DNA from: a virus | DNA length: 64,000 nt | Virus record (IMG/VR): IMGVR_UViG_3300002835_000017 | Reading direction: 5' to 3' (one strand) | Shown here: one piece after another, positions 47,889 to 57,760 of the stretch | Layout: each line of letters begins with the position of its first letter | How positions within the stretch are numbered: the first letter of the stretch is position 1 | Notes under the pieces: model-generated | What the model saw: the letters and a program-made list of their open reading frames with translations, nothing else | What the model was told of the DNA's origin: nothing | Databases searched by the model: none | Translations under genes and position numbers: made by a program

Positions 47889-50441
47889 TTAGAATGAACC
47901 ACCATCAACTACGTTACTCATTACAAAATCAGTACCATCCCATTGTAGTAAATCTCCAGCTACACTTGCGGTCGGAACTAAATCCAAATTACCATTTGTG
48001 TTTCGGAATGCTACTCTTTTAGAACTTCCTGCTGCCGAACCTAAATTAAAGGATGAGGTAACCGCAGGTGCGATTAATGCTACTGATGAAGTAAATGCGG
48101 TTGTTGAATGTTGATATATGAAATTTGCACCTGCTCCTGCTACTTCGAATCCTGAACCATCTGCGGTTGCCGATGAAGTTGAACCACTTGCTAATGTTAT
48201 TAATTTATCTTCAACTATTAATGTTGCGGTATTTAATGTTACGGTGTTACCTTGTACCACCAAATCACCACCTACTACTACATCACCAGTCGTTGTTACT
48301 TTTGCAAATGTTACGTTATTAGAAGTACCTACGCCTTGTATTGTACCTGCACCTTCTAATGTAGTTAATCTACTTGCAGCATTTGATGCTGATAATATTA
48401 ATGAACCACTAACTACACCAATTTCAGTAAATCTTTGCTCTGCAGATGCAGTAAATGCGTTTAAAGCATTTGTAGAAGTATTAGAAGAGGTATAACTATT
48501 CAATGCATCAATAGATGTTTGTTGTGATGCCGATGAACTATTTAACGCCGTAACAGAAGTGTTTACACTAGCACTAAATGAGTTTAAGTTTGTTATAGAT
48601 ACACCTTGTGAGTCATTTGTTGTTTTAGCTGCTGATGCAGATAATATCAACGAACCACTAACTACACCAATTTCAGTTAACCTCGTATCAACACTTCCAG
48701 TATAGTTTCCTAATGTACCATTTTGAGTTAATTGTGAACCACTAAATGAATTTAAATTTGTGATTGAAACTCCTTGTGAGTCATTTGTAGTTTTAGCAGT
48801 TGATGCTGATGCAATTAAACTTCCACTAACTACACCAATTTCAGTTAATCTTGTATCAACTGAAGCAGTGTAAGTTGCTAATGTACCATTTTGAGTTAAT
48901 TGTGAACCACTAAAAGAGTTTAAGTTTGTGATAGAAACTCCTTGCGAGTCATTTGTAGTTTTAGCTGCTGAAGCAGATAATATTAATGAACCACTTACAA
49001 CTCCAATTTCAGTAAATCTAGTTTCAGCTGAAGAACTGAATGATTCGATGTTCGATAATCTAACTAATGCAGAAGAACTAAAAGAGTTTAAGTTTGTTAT
49101 TGAAATTCCAGCTCCGCTTCCCACCGATGCACTTAAAGCTGAAATTGAAGATGAAATAGAACCACTAAAATCACCAAATCCAGTTGTATTGGAAATAGTA
49201 ATTTGTGCAGATGATGTAACAACATTATCACCTTCTGCTCTTAATAATTTAGATTCAGCTCCTACTGCTCCTGCTTTCCAGTAATCATTTGTAGAATCCC
49301 AAAGTAAAGAACCACTTGCCGTATTAGGTGCAGTTGGGTCTTTAACTAATAAACCACCATTTGCTGCTCCAGTACCATTTAATTCGATGATGTTATCACC
49401 AATTTGTACGGTTGTAGAATTTACAGTAGTTTGAGTACCAGAAACGGTAAAATTACCGGCTATTGTTACATTTTGTCCATCAACTGTAATTGCAGACTTT
49501 AATGAAGATGAATATGTATTTAATTCTGCAATCGAAGTATTTACACTCGCAGAAGTTGTATTTAAATTTGTAATACTTACACCTTGTGAATCGTTTGTAG
49601 TTTTAGCAGTTGATGCTGATGCAATTAATGAACCACTAACTACGCCGATTTCAGTTAATTGAGTTAATACTGAAGAACTAAATGAGTTTATGTTTGTTAT
49701 TGAAACACCCTGCGAATCGTTTGTAGTTTTTGCTGTCGATGCTGATGCTATTAAACTTCCACTTACAACTCCAATTTCAGTAAATCTTATATCAGCTGAA
49801 GAAGTGTGTGATTCAATATTTGTTAATCTAACTAATGCAGAAGAACTAAATGAGTTTAAGTTTGTTATCGAAACTCCTTGTGAATCATTTGTTGTTTTAG
49901 CAGTTGATGCCGATGCTATTAAGCTACCACTAACAACTCCAATTTCAGTAAATCGTGTATCAACCGAACCAGTATAAGTTGCTAATGTAGCGTTTTGTGT
50001 TAATTGTGAACCACTAAAAGTATTTAATGCGGCTACAGATGTACCAATTGAACCACCTCCAATTGATGCAGATAATGCACTTATTGATGAAGAAACTGAT
50101 GCACTAAAGTTACTAATGTTACCTGTTAAATCAGGAATATCATTGGCTCCTTCACCCAACAAATATAAAGTAGAACTACCACTTGCATAGTAAGGAACAC
50201 CTTTTACTAATCCGTTGTAAGTTCCGGCAGCAAATGTATTTGGAGCCGCGTTACCTACTAGAAATCTATTTACCGCTTGCACCTGTCCATTTTCTGGAAC
50301 TGCGAATACAATAGATGCTCCATTAGTTACCGATAAGTTCGATGAGCCAGAAGCAATTACCAATTCACCTTTTTGAAGTGATGAGGTTACGGCGGATAGG
50401 GCTTCTAAACTACCGCGTCTGTGTTTAATTATTTGTGCCAT
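47889..50441 (-). CDS. Ser-rich coiled-coil fibre-like protein with internal repeats
   Basis: N-terminal KHRRG..L.KGE; TEIGVVSGSLI starts about 7 repeats, most continuing SAS.AKTTNDSQGVSITN; ends DGGSF. Confidence 0.7.
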   Translation of the reverse strand: MAQIIKHRRGSLEALSAVTSSLQKGELVIASGSSNLSVTNGASIVFAVPENGQVQAVNRFLVGNAAPNTFAAGTYNGLVKGVPYYASGSSTLYLLGEGANDIPDLTGNISNFSASVSSSISALSASIGGGSIGTSVAALNTFSGSQLTQNATLATYTGSVDTRFTEIGVVSGSLIASASTAKTTNDSQGVSITNLNSFSSSALVRLTNIESHTSSADIRFTEIGVVSGSLIASASTAKTTNDSQGVSITNINSFSSSVLTQLTEIGVVSGSLIASASTAKTTNDSQGVSITNLNTTSASVNTSIAELNTYSSSLKSAITVDGQNVTIAGNFTVSGTQTTVNSTTVQIGDNIIELNGTGAANGGLLVKDPTAPNTASGSLLWDSTNDYWKAGAVGAESKLLRAEGDNVVTSSAQITISNTTGFGDFSGSISSSISALSASVGSGAGISITNLNSFSSSALVRLSNIESFSSSAETRFTEIGVVSGSLILSASAAKTTNDSQGVSITNLNSFSGSQLTQNGTLATYTASVDTRLTEIGVVSGSLIASASTAKTTNDSQGVSITNLNSFSGSQLTQNGTLGNYTGSVDTRLTEIGVVSGSLILSASAAKTTNDSQGVSITNLNSFSASVNTSVTALNSSSASQQTSIDALNSYTSSNTSTNALNAFTASAEQRFTEIGVVSGSLILSASNAASRLTTLEGAGTIQGVGTSNNVTFAKVTTTGDVVVGGDLVVQGNTVTLNTATLIVEDKLITLASGSTSSATADGSGFEVAGAGANFIYQHSTTAFTSSVALIAPAVTSSFNLGSAAGSSKRVAFRNTNGNLDLVPTASVAGDLLQWDGTDFVMSNVVDGGSF

Positions 50442-50540
50442 ATTGCGTTGGTTAATCTTTTTTGGTTTTAGTTACGATTATACTTTAATAAATATGTTTT
50501 TTTTTACGAATAGTACGTTTGGTATATTATATTTATTTTT

Positions 50541-51056
50541 TTACCATTCACCCATATCGATGTTAATATTTGATTGTGATAATGTTAACTCCGCATCAGT
50601 TGCAAATCCATTATCCAATGAAGAACTGAATGATTCTAAATTAGTTAATCTGGTATTTACTGATGAACTTAATATTGTTATAGAATATAAACTTCCACTC
50701 AATGTAGTTGCTATTGATGAACTTATTGATGATGATATTAAAACTTGCGATGCTGATAAAGAAGAACTTATTACTGCTACTTCTATATCCGTTGCTATAT
50801 CACTATATCCAATTGTTCCACTAATGTATATTTGAGATGAACCCGATACAACCCCAGCTGGTAAAGTTGCTCCTACATTATTTGTTATAATATTTATAAT
50901 AGATTGTGATAACGATGATTCCAATGATTGAGATACTGCGTTATTTACTGCTTCGGCAAAACTACCACCAGATTGACTAATGGCATTACCAGCGGTTACC
51001 GCTGCTGCTAATTCTGTACTACCTTCTATTTGTTTTAATCTTATTAAGTTTGCCAT
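50541..51056 (-). CDS. Ser-rich structural hypothetical protein
   Basis: Shares GVVSGSSQ and LTNLESFSSS motifs with neighbours; ends IDMGEW. Confidence 0.6.
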   Translation of the reverse strand: MANLIRLKQIEGSTELAAAVTAGNAISQSGGSFAEAVNNAVSQSLESSLSQSIINIITNNVGATLPAGVVSGSSQIYISGTIGYSDIATDIEVAVISSSLSASQVLISSSISSSIATTLSGSLYSITILSSSVNTRLTNLESFSSSLDNGFATDAELTLSQSNINIDMGEW

Positions 51057-51078
51057 ATCCTATAAATATCTTTTATTC

Positions 51079-51765
51079 TTATAATCCGTAAGTCGGTTTT
51101 ATTGCATTATAATTTTGTGTTATTTCCTCAATTGATAATTTTCTATTATACAAATAAAGATTTGCAACATGTCCAAAAGGTTGAGCAACAATATCATTAT
51201 TACCCACTCCCCAATGTGTGTTTCCACCCGAACCCTCATTGATTGTACTTCCCACTTGTGAATCATTTATGTAGAATGTTTGAGATGAATTATCCCCAAC
51301 TACTGTATATTGAGTCCAAATACCCACCGAAGATGAGACATCATATCCTGAACTTACGAATGCTGTTGCCCAATATCCTAATGTACTTGTTCCATTAGGA
51401 ATAGTAATTGGTGTTATTTTACGAGTACCTTTTGTGTAAAGTAATGTTCTAAATCCTGAATTATTATTTATCAATCTTGCCCAAGTAATATAGGTATATC
51501 CCGTTGTTGGTAAAGTTGGACCTGTTCCGTTTACATCAACTCTATTATTTCCAGTTGTGCAATCAAAACATTTTATTCCACTTAATGTAGTAAATGTAGC
51601 ACCAATCAATGTATGGTTATACGAATTAGTTAAATCATAAACAGTTGTTCCACTACCAGGATAACTTGTTGAATTATTTGCATCCAATTGAAGTAATAAT
51701 CCATCCGTAACCAACATATATGGATTTGGTGTAATTGTATATCCATTTTGAAATATTATTGGCAT
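51079..51765 (-). CDS. LamG/concanavalin A-like domain protein
   Basis: GLLLQLDA.N..SYPGSGT.VYDL ... YNR.LS..EI.QNYNA. Confidence 0.8.
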   Translation of the reverse strand: MPIIFQNGYTITPNPYMLVTDGLLLQLDANNSTSYPGSGTTVYDLTNSYNHTLIGATFTTLSGIKCFDCTTGNNRVDVNGTGPTLPTTGYTYITWARLINNNSGFRTLLYTKGTRKITPITIPNGTSTLGYWATAFVSSGYDVSSSVGIWTQYTVVGDNSSQTFYINDSQVGSTINEGSGGNTHWGVGNNDIVAQPFGHVANLYLYNRKLSIEEITQNYNAIKPTYGL

Positions 51766-51768
51766 AAC

Positions 51769-53565
51769 TTATGATAGTTTTATATATCCGTAATTAATTG
51801 TTTGGGTTGTCCCACTATTATTTGTGATACCAAACTTAAATACATTTGAAGTATTTGGTGCGTATGATGTTGGAGAGGATATGAGAGTATTAGTTGTACC
51901 TATAATTTGGTCAGGCATTGCAGTTAAAACTAATGCATTACCTGCTGTGTAATACCAACCATATTGAGAACCAACTACCGGAACATTGGTATTTGATGTT
52001 GTTACAGTTGCGTTCCAAGTTATAATACCATTTGGAATATTACCATTTACCCACATTGTATATGAAGCACCAGCTTCAACTGTAAAACTTTGTGTAGATG
52101 CTCCTGCTGGTACCGACCAAGCTCCCGTTGTTTTTGATGGGAATGCAGTTGTCAATTGAGTTGAACCACTTATTACACCATTGGTTGCTGCTATTGAACC
52201 CGTTATAGATGTTGCGTTTAATGAACCTGTAATTTCTACTAATCCATTATTTTGAACATATAGATTACTACCACTTTGTAAGAATAGTGATGAACTATTG
52301 TTCGTAATTGCAGATGCAATTATTTGTCCTGATGTAACAACCATTGAACCACTAAATATTTGTGACCCACTAAATGTGTTTGAACCAGTAGTTACCAATC
52401 CATTAAATCTACTATTAAATGATGATGATATTGAAGAAAATGAACTACTTAAAGTATATCTTGCATCGTATGATGATGTCAATTGTGAAGAACCACTTAT
52501 TGTACCAGATGGGACTGCACTAACACTACCACTCAATGTATATCTTGTATCAAACGAAGATGTCAATTGTGATGAACCACTAATTACACCATTTGTTGCG
52601 TTGATTGTACCATTGATTGAATCAGTTACATTTAATGAAGAACTAACAAATACACCATTAACACCGGTAATTGTTATTGTTTGTGCACTATCATCTATTT
52701 TTAAGTAATTGGTATCGTCACCAAAGTAGTTGAAATCTGTATTACCTTTAAAGTGAATATCATTACCCGAAGGTGCTGCAGTATTATAAATTTGAAAATA
52801 TCTTGCATCATTAACATCAGGTTGTAAAAATATATTTCCAATACCTTTAATTTCATTAGTTACGATTAAAGAAGAACTTATTATTTGTTCACCTATAAAA
52901 GTATTTGAACCAGTTGTTGCAAATGAACCCGTTGGTATATTTGGAACACTACCACTCAATGTATATCTTGTATCGTATGATGATGTTAATTGAGATGAAG
53001 AACTTATTGCTCCACTTAATGATGTCAAAAATGAACCCGTTTCACTTTCAGTAATCCAACTACCACTTACACTTTCAATTGTGTTTAATCTATCCACTAA
53101 TGATGATGTAGATTGCGATGAGGTATATTCATTAAACGAAGATGTTTGTAATCTTGCAGTAATTCCGTTTGTGAATGCAGTATTTAATGATGATTGCGAA
53201 GATGTGAATGAATTTAAAGAAGTTATATCAATTGAACTACTAACAAATCCAAATAATGTAATTTGTGCAGATGAAGATATAGTTCCAGCTGGTATAGATG
53301 TAGAAGAACTAATAAATCCTAATGTAGTTATTTGTGCAGATGAACTTATTACACTTCTACCTTTGATTTCAAACGAAGATGTCACCGATTCCAAAGATGC
53401 TAATCTGTCTCTATCTAATATATTAACTCTAGAAGTAACTGCATCTGCGAGGGTATCCAACTCTATTTTATAAGTTATACCACCATCTACACCAACTATT
53501 GTTGTATTTAATGATGCACTTTCTAATGCCGTTAATTCTAATATCCTTTTTCTTACGTTTGCCAT
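51769..53565 (-). CDS. Ser/Thr-rich fibre-like protein
   Basis: ATTGSNTF, NGVISGS.QL and YDTRYTLSGS repeats. Confidence 0.65.
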   Translation of the reverse strand: MANVRKRILELTALESASLNTTIVGVDGGITYKIELDTLADAVTSRVNILDRDRLASLESVTSSFEIKGRSVISSSAQITTLGFISSSTSIPAGTISSSAQITLFGFVSSSIDITSLNSFTSSQSSLNTAFTNGITARLQTSSFNEYTSSQSTSSLVDRLNTIESVSGSWITESETGSFLTSLSGAISSSSQLTSSYDTRYTLSGSVPNIPTGSFATTGSNTFIGEQIISSSLIVTNEIKGIGNIFLQPDVNDARYFQIYNTAAPSGNDIHFKGNTDFNYFGDDTNYLKIDDSAQTITITGVNGVFVSSSLNVTDSINGTINATNGVISGSSQLTSSFDTRYTLSGSVSAVPSGTISGSSQLTSSYDARYTLSSSFSSISSSFNSRFNGLVTTGSNTFSGSQIFSGSMVVTSGQIIASAITNNSSSLFLQSGSNLYVQNNGLVEITGSLNATSITGSIAATNGVISGSTQLTTAFPSKTTGAWSVPAGASTQSFTVEAGASYTMWVNGNIPNGIITWNATVTTSNTNVPVVGSQYGWYYTAGNALVLTAMPDQIIGTTNTLISSPTSYAPNTSNVFKFGITNNSGTTQTINYGYIKLS

Positions 53566-53568
53566 TTA

Positions 53569-54123
53569 TTATATTATTATGTCTAAACCATCTTCGGTTG
53601 TTATGATAAAACCATCTTCAGTTGCAATTGGAATATCTACCAATTTACCTATAACATATATATCATTTACTGTTATGGAATCATAATCTATATAATTATC
53701 TAATAATGTAATTACTACATTATTTCCAACTTCCTTAATAGTGTAATGTCCTGGTAAATGCAATCCATAAACTAATATTTCAAAATTTTCAGGAGATGCT
53801 CCTTCAGTTCCATAATCCAATGCTACGTTATAAATCGTAAGAGTTCCAAATCCAGTATTATCAAAAGCATCAATTATTCTAGATACCGTTCTTCCACTAA
53901 ATTGTAAAATTTCATTATGAAATTCTGATATTTTATTTTTATTATTTACTAATTTAGTTGGATTTGGATTTGATTTAGAATTTGAATTAAATTTATTTGT
54001 AGTTGGTGTTTCTATATTCAATAAACTACCTGTGATGTATAAATCATCATTTAAATTATTAGGATTTATTTTTGGTATAATCCTATTTAATTTTTTCGCA
54101 TTTGAATTAAATCTATTAAGCAT
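53569..54123 (-). CDS. Hypothetical structural protein
   Basis: ORF in neck operon; ends IATEDGFIITTEDG. Confidence 0.6.
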   Translation of the reverse strand: MLNRFNSNAKKLNRIIPKINPNNLNDDLYITGSLLNIETPTTNKFNSNSKSNPNPTKLVNNKNKISEFHNEILQFSGRTVSRIIDAFDNTGFGTLTIYNVALDYGTEGASPENFEILVYGLHLPGHYTIKEVGNNVVITLLDNYIDYDSITVNDIYVIGKLVDIPIATEDGFIITTEDGLDIII

Positions 54124-54445
54124 ATCGTTCTATATCACCTGTTATTTCAATATAATCAGTAGTATCCAAACCAAATTCAAAATTATTTTTTATAAATTTG
54201 ATTAACAATCCTTCACTTCCTTCCTCTATTATATAATCTTCTGCCGATATATGTTGAGTGTTAATTATTACTCTCAATCTATCTTGCGTTGTTCTATATT
54301 CTATTTCTCTTAATAATTCAACAAACCTCCAACCGTTTGCTTCCCATATCGAATATGTAGGGTGATTTAAATCCTTTGGAGTTAATTCGGTATCAGCTGG
54401 TTTTCTACTAATTTTTTGAGTTATATCTAAAAGACTTCTCTTCAT
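54116..54445 (-). CDS. Hypothetical structural protein
   Basis: ORF coupled to neighbours; C-terminus resembles ends of 54445 and 53569 proteins (D.I.I.G). Confidence 0.6.
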   Translation of the reverse strand: MKRSLLDITQKISRKPADTELTPKDLNHPTYSIWEANGWRFVELLREIEYRTTQDRLRVIINTQHISAEDYIIEEGSEGLLIKFIKNNFEFGLDTTDYIEITGDIERYA

Positions 54446-55560
54446 TACACATTTATAAATTTACCTGTTATGGAAATTTCATCTCCACTATCAACTGCAA
54501 ATCCTAAATTTGCTTGAATAAAATTAATAGTTAAAGATGATGATGTTATACTTATAGAAAAGTGTGTATTATGGTAATATCGTGTACCATTTATATAAAC
54601 TTTAATATCGTATGTATTATCACCAACCACTATACCACCAGTAACTACTGATATTAAAGTAGGTGGAGTTTTTATTAATTTTATCCCACCGAATGTAATG
54701 GTATTAGATACTATTGGATTTTGTATTTTACTGTTATTTAAAGAAAGAAAATCAATCAAATCTTTATTATCATAATATGGTGATGGTGTAGTTAATATAC
54801 CTTCTAACCTACCAGTTCCACTTGTTACATCCGTTTCAGTTGATACCACAACTCTTTGCGTAGAAAATGATTTTTTAGTGGTATCTTCTCCGTCAAATTT
54901 TTCAGGAAGTAAATGAGCTTTAACTGATAAACTAAATTCAATTCTATTAACTCTTTCAGTGCCATCCCCAACTTCGTTTATTACATTAAAATCTCCTAAA
55001 CTTGTTCTAAATTGAAATCCATTTTTATCACCCCAATATGTACCAGTATATTGTAATTGTTCTATCACCGAATTTAAATGTTCTATGTAAGAAGTCCAAA
55101 CCATGCAATCATAGTTTAATTCTACATATTCTGGCATTTGAATTTTATATATTTCGTATTTTGGTTTATAATTATTTCCCAATAGTGTAAACCTATCATA
55201 TCTATTATCTTTAGAATATTTTGTAATACCTTGATAAGTTACATGCCGATTTTGCATTGGCATAGTATCATCTTTAGCAATAGATGTTCTACGAATCATC
55301 ATAATTGGTAATTGAAGCTTACCATTTGCATCTCTGTAAACTCCCTGTCTTCTTGCTCCATTCCATCGTTCGGAGTTTCCATATATGACAGGTATTTTTA
55401 AAGCCTTACCATTATCATCTAATGTAGGTAATGCCGTATCTTCCAAATAAGACATCATAGCATAATCAATATCAAATAAAGATACCGATTGTCTTAATTC
55501 TCCTTTTTCCTTTTTAGTTTGAAGAATTCTCTCCTGTTTTCTTAATGGATTTGTAGACAT
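54445..55560 (-). CDS. Tail completion/terminator protein (gp15-like)
   Basis: IPVIYG..ERW, LP.M...R, P.Y..L.Y....W; synteny after neck genes. Confidence 0.65.
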   Translation of the reverse strand: MSTNPLRKQERILQTKKEKGELRQSVSLFDIDYAMMSYLEDTALPTLDDNGKALKIPVIYGNSERWNGARRQGVYRDANGKLQLPIMMIRRTSIAKDDTMPMQNRHVTYQGITKYSKDNRYDRFTLLGNNYKPKYEIYKIQMPEYVELNYDCMVWTSYIEHLNSVIEQLQYTGTYWGDKNGFQFRTSLGDFNVINEVGDGTERVNRIEFSLSVKAHLLPEKFDGEDTTKKSFSTQRVVVSTETDVTSGTGRLEGILTTPSPYYDNKDLIDFLSLNNSKIQNPIVSNTITFGGIKLIKTPPTLISVVTGGIVVGDNTYDIKVYINGTRYYHNTHFSISITSSSLTINFIQANLGFAVDSGDEISITGKFINV

Positions 55561-55564
55561 ATTT

Positions 55565-56020
55565 TTATGTTATTCTCTTTTCAATATTAAGATTAGATTT
55601 ACTTACTAAAAATGCAAAACATACTATACTATAAGTATTAGCAGGTAAACCACCAATAAATTGCACTTCATTTACATTACCAATTTCATAATATTGATTA
55701 TCAAAATAAACAACATCACCTATTTCAGGATGTATATTTCGTTCTTCTAATAATCCTCTATCAAATTTAAATGTTATATCTTGAAGTGTATCAGACCCAA
55801 ATCCTTCATATTGAGTTGATTGTGCTTCTTTATCAATTAATGCGTATAGTTCTACACCAGTGTGCCAGGTTTTATTTAATGCTTCACCATAGATATTTAT
55901 CTTCGTTTCATTTAAATTTATTTTATATAAAACGACAGTATTTTCTATAACAGTATCAACCAATTCTCTGGCTATACTTTTGAAAAAATCAATATCTCTA
56001 CCTAATAAAAACTTTGGCAT
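55565..56020 (-). CDS. Neck/head closure protein (gp14-like)
   Basis: IYGE, PEIGD.VY.....YEI; synteny. Confidence 0.65.
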   Translation of the reverse strand: MPKFLLGRDIDFFKSIARELVDTVIENTVVLYKINLNETKINIYGEALNKTWHTGVELYALIDKEAQSTQYEGFGSDTLQDITFKFDRGLLEERNIHPEIGDVVYFDNQYYEIGNVNEVQFIGGLPANTYSIVCFAFLVSKSNLNIEKRIT

Positions 56021-56021
56021 A

Positions 56022-57230
56022 TTATCCTACATATATTTTAAGTGGAACTTTTCTCAACATTTCTTGCTGATGTGTTGATTCATGTGCTTTATTTTCCATC
56101 ACATTTTTCCTACTCAATTCTTCCAAATTTTCTCTTAATTGGGTTATCAACATATCCTTCTCCACTTGTGCTTCAGCTCTCAATGCTGCTCCATCCAGTG
56201 ATACTTCACCATCAGGTATCGGAACATTTGAGTATTTCTCTCTAATTGCTCCTAATAATTCTTTTGAAAGTGCTAATGTATATTTTCTAATCCATTGTTT
56301 ACCAACATCGTTTATATTTGAGTATTGAATAAAATCATACGGAATATCTGAATAATCCGAAAGTGAATCTGCTTGAACAGTTTGAGAATCATGTTCAAAT
56401 TCATCTCTACTTATGTATTCAAAATAAACTCTACTAACAGTTCCATCGGTAGGTACAGGAAATATTTCTAATTTATTATCTACTATATTAAATGTGTGAG
56501 CCGATTTACGAATATGGTCATTTAATTCAATTTGTTGCATTCTTAACACATCTTCGTAAATAGGCATCATTAAGAATTGTGCAGCAGGTGAAAAGTTTCC
56601 AAATCCTAATTCACTTATTAAATTTAAAGTACCTTGTGCTCCTACCGAATACGGGTCAAAGAATCGTGCAATAGCAGGAGTTGCTTCGTGATACACTCTA
56701 GTTACATCCACCGTTGAACTTCCTGTAAATAGTGTAGAAAACGATGCAGATGTTTCCACATCAACAGATGAACTCATTATGTTGTATTTCTGTTGTCCAG
56801 CAGTTAAATTGATATATGCTTTTTTAATTGAAGTTGAACCACCTACTCCTGCTAATGTACCATATTGTTGGGACATACGAACTGTTGTTGGTAAATATGA
56901 ACCGTCTACAAGTGTTTGTGAATAATTTGAAACCTTACCTTTTGGCTGTCCTTTTAGAATATCAAGATTATTACGAAGATTGAATTGATTTATTTGTGCA
57001 GAATATTCCGAAACGGATTCTTCAAAACAGGCCCATATTTGTTGGTTATCTAATTCAATATTTACAATAGGATACCCCAATCTCTTTGCAACCCAAACTG
57101 CCGTTTTTGGTGCATCGGTTCTAAATTCTGCATCTGAATCATATAATCCAAACGGAGTTGCTTCCGCAGATGCAGATGCCGATAAAAATGCGGATGCCGT
57201 TGAGCCAGACCAATATGTGTTTATAGACAT
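56022..57230 (-). CDS. Neck/head-tail adaptor protein (gp13-like)
   Basis: RLG.P..NIEL, WIR.Y.LAL.KE.LG..R.KY...P.....LDG. Confidence 0.8.
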   Translation of the reverse strand: MSINTYWSGSTASAFLSASASAEATPFGLYDSDAEFRTDAPKTAVWVAKRLGYPIVNIELDNQQIWACFEESVSEYSAQINQFNLRNNLDILKGQPKGKVSNYSQTLVDGSYLPTTVRMSQQYGTLAGVGGSTSIKKAYINLTAGQQKYNIMSSSVDVETSASFSTLFTGSSTVDVTRVYHEATPAIARFFDPYSVGAQGTLNLISELGFGNFSPAAQFLMMPIYEDVLRMQQIELNDHIRKSAHTFNIVDNKLEIFPVPTDGTVSRVYFEYISRDEFEHDSQTVQADSLSDYSDIPYDFIQYSNINDVGKQWIRKYTLALSKELLGAIREKYSNVPIPDGEVSLDGAALRAEAQVEKDMLITQLRENLEELSRKNVMENKAHESTHQQEMLRKVPLKIYVG

Positions 57231-57270
57231 TTCTTAAAATTTATAGGTTTACTACTATAAATATAAGAAT

Positions 57271-57304
57271 AAAAAAAGAGATAACATTTCTATCATCTCT
57301 TTTT
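57271..57304 (-). terminator. Intrinsic terminator
   Basis: AGAGATGATA-GAAA-TGTTATCTCT then T run. Confidence 0.75.
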
Positions 57305-57324
57305 CATTTTTAATAAAATTAAAA

Positions 57325-57660
57325 CTATGTTAATCTAACTTTAACCGTACCTGTAGTGTGATACAATCCACCAACTGGAACGCCAGCCGATGCTGCAGCA
57401 CCATCATTTGCAAAACTACCAGTAACATATCCAAATGAAGTATTTGCCATTTTAGTTGCAATACTACCACTCAATGAGGTAACAGAGGCATCGGTTGCCA
57501 GCCCATCACCATCCAATGTTACTTGTAAATCGGATACTAATATATATCCTAATTTACCATCTGCTTGTCTAGCTAAAATTTTGTCCGTACTTTCTACCGT
57601 ATATGTTGGTAAATCTTTTGCAGTTTCCGTTATTGAATATCTTTCTTCTGGGTATGCCAT
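57325..57660 (-). CDS. Small structural/decoration-like protein
   Basis: ATG at 57660 (MAYPEE) downstream of late motif; C-terminal AND.AA...GVPVGGLY. Confidence 0.6.
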   Translation of the reverse strand: MAYPEERYSITETAKDLPTYTVESTDKILARQADGKLGYILVSDLQVTLDGDGLATDASVTSLSGSIATKMANTSFGYVTGSFANDGAAASAGVPVGGLYHTTGTVKVRLT

Positions 57661-57704
57661 TTGTTTATGTTTTTTAGTTATTAAATGATTACTCATATAA
57701 ATAT

Positions 57705-57736
57705 AAAAAAAAAGAGGGAACATCACTGCTCCCTCT
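57705..57736 (-). terminator. Intrinsic terminator after major capsid gene
   Basis: AGAGGGAGCA-GTGA-TGTTCCCTCT then long T run. Confidence 0.85.
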
Positions 57737-57760
57737 AATTTAATTTAAAAACTCTAAATA

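Noticed and set aside
39191-53565. Diversity-generating retroelement (TR/VR) behind the fibre repeats
   Set aside because: No reverse transcriptase in the window; both copies are coding and mismatches are mostly synonymous, not adenine-specific
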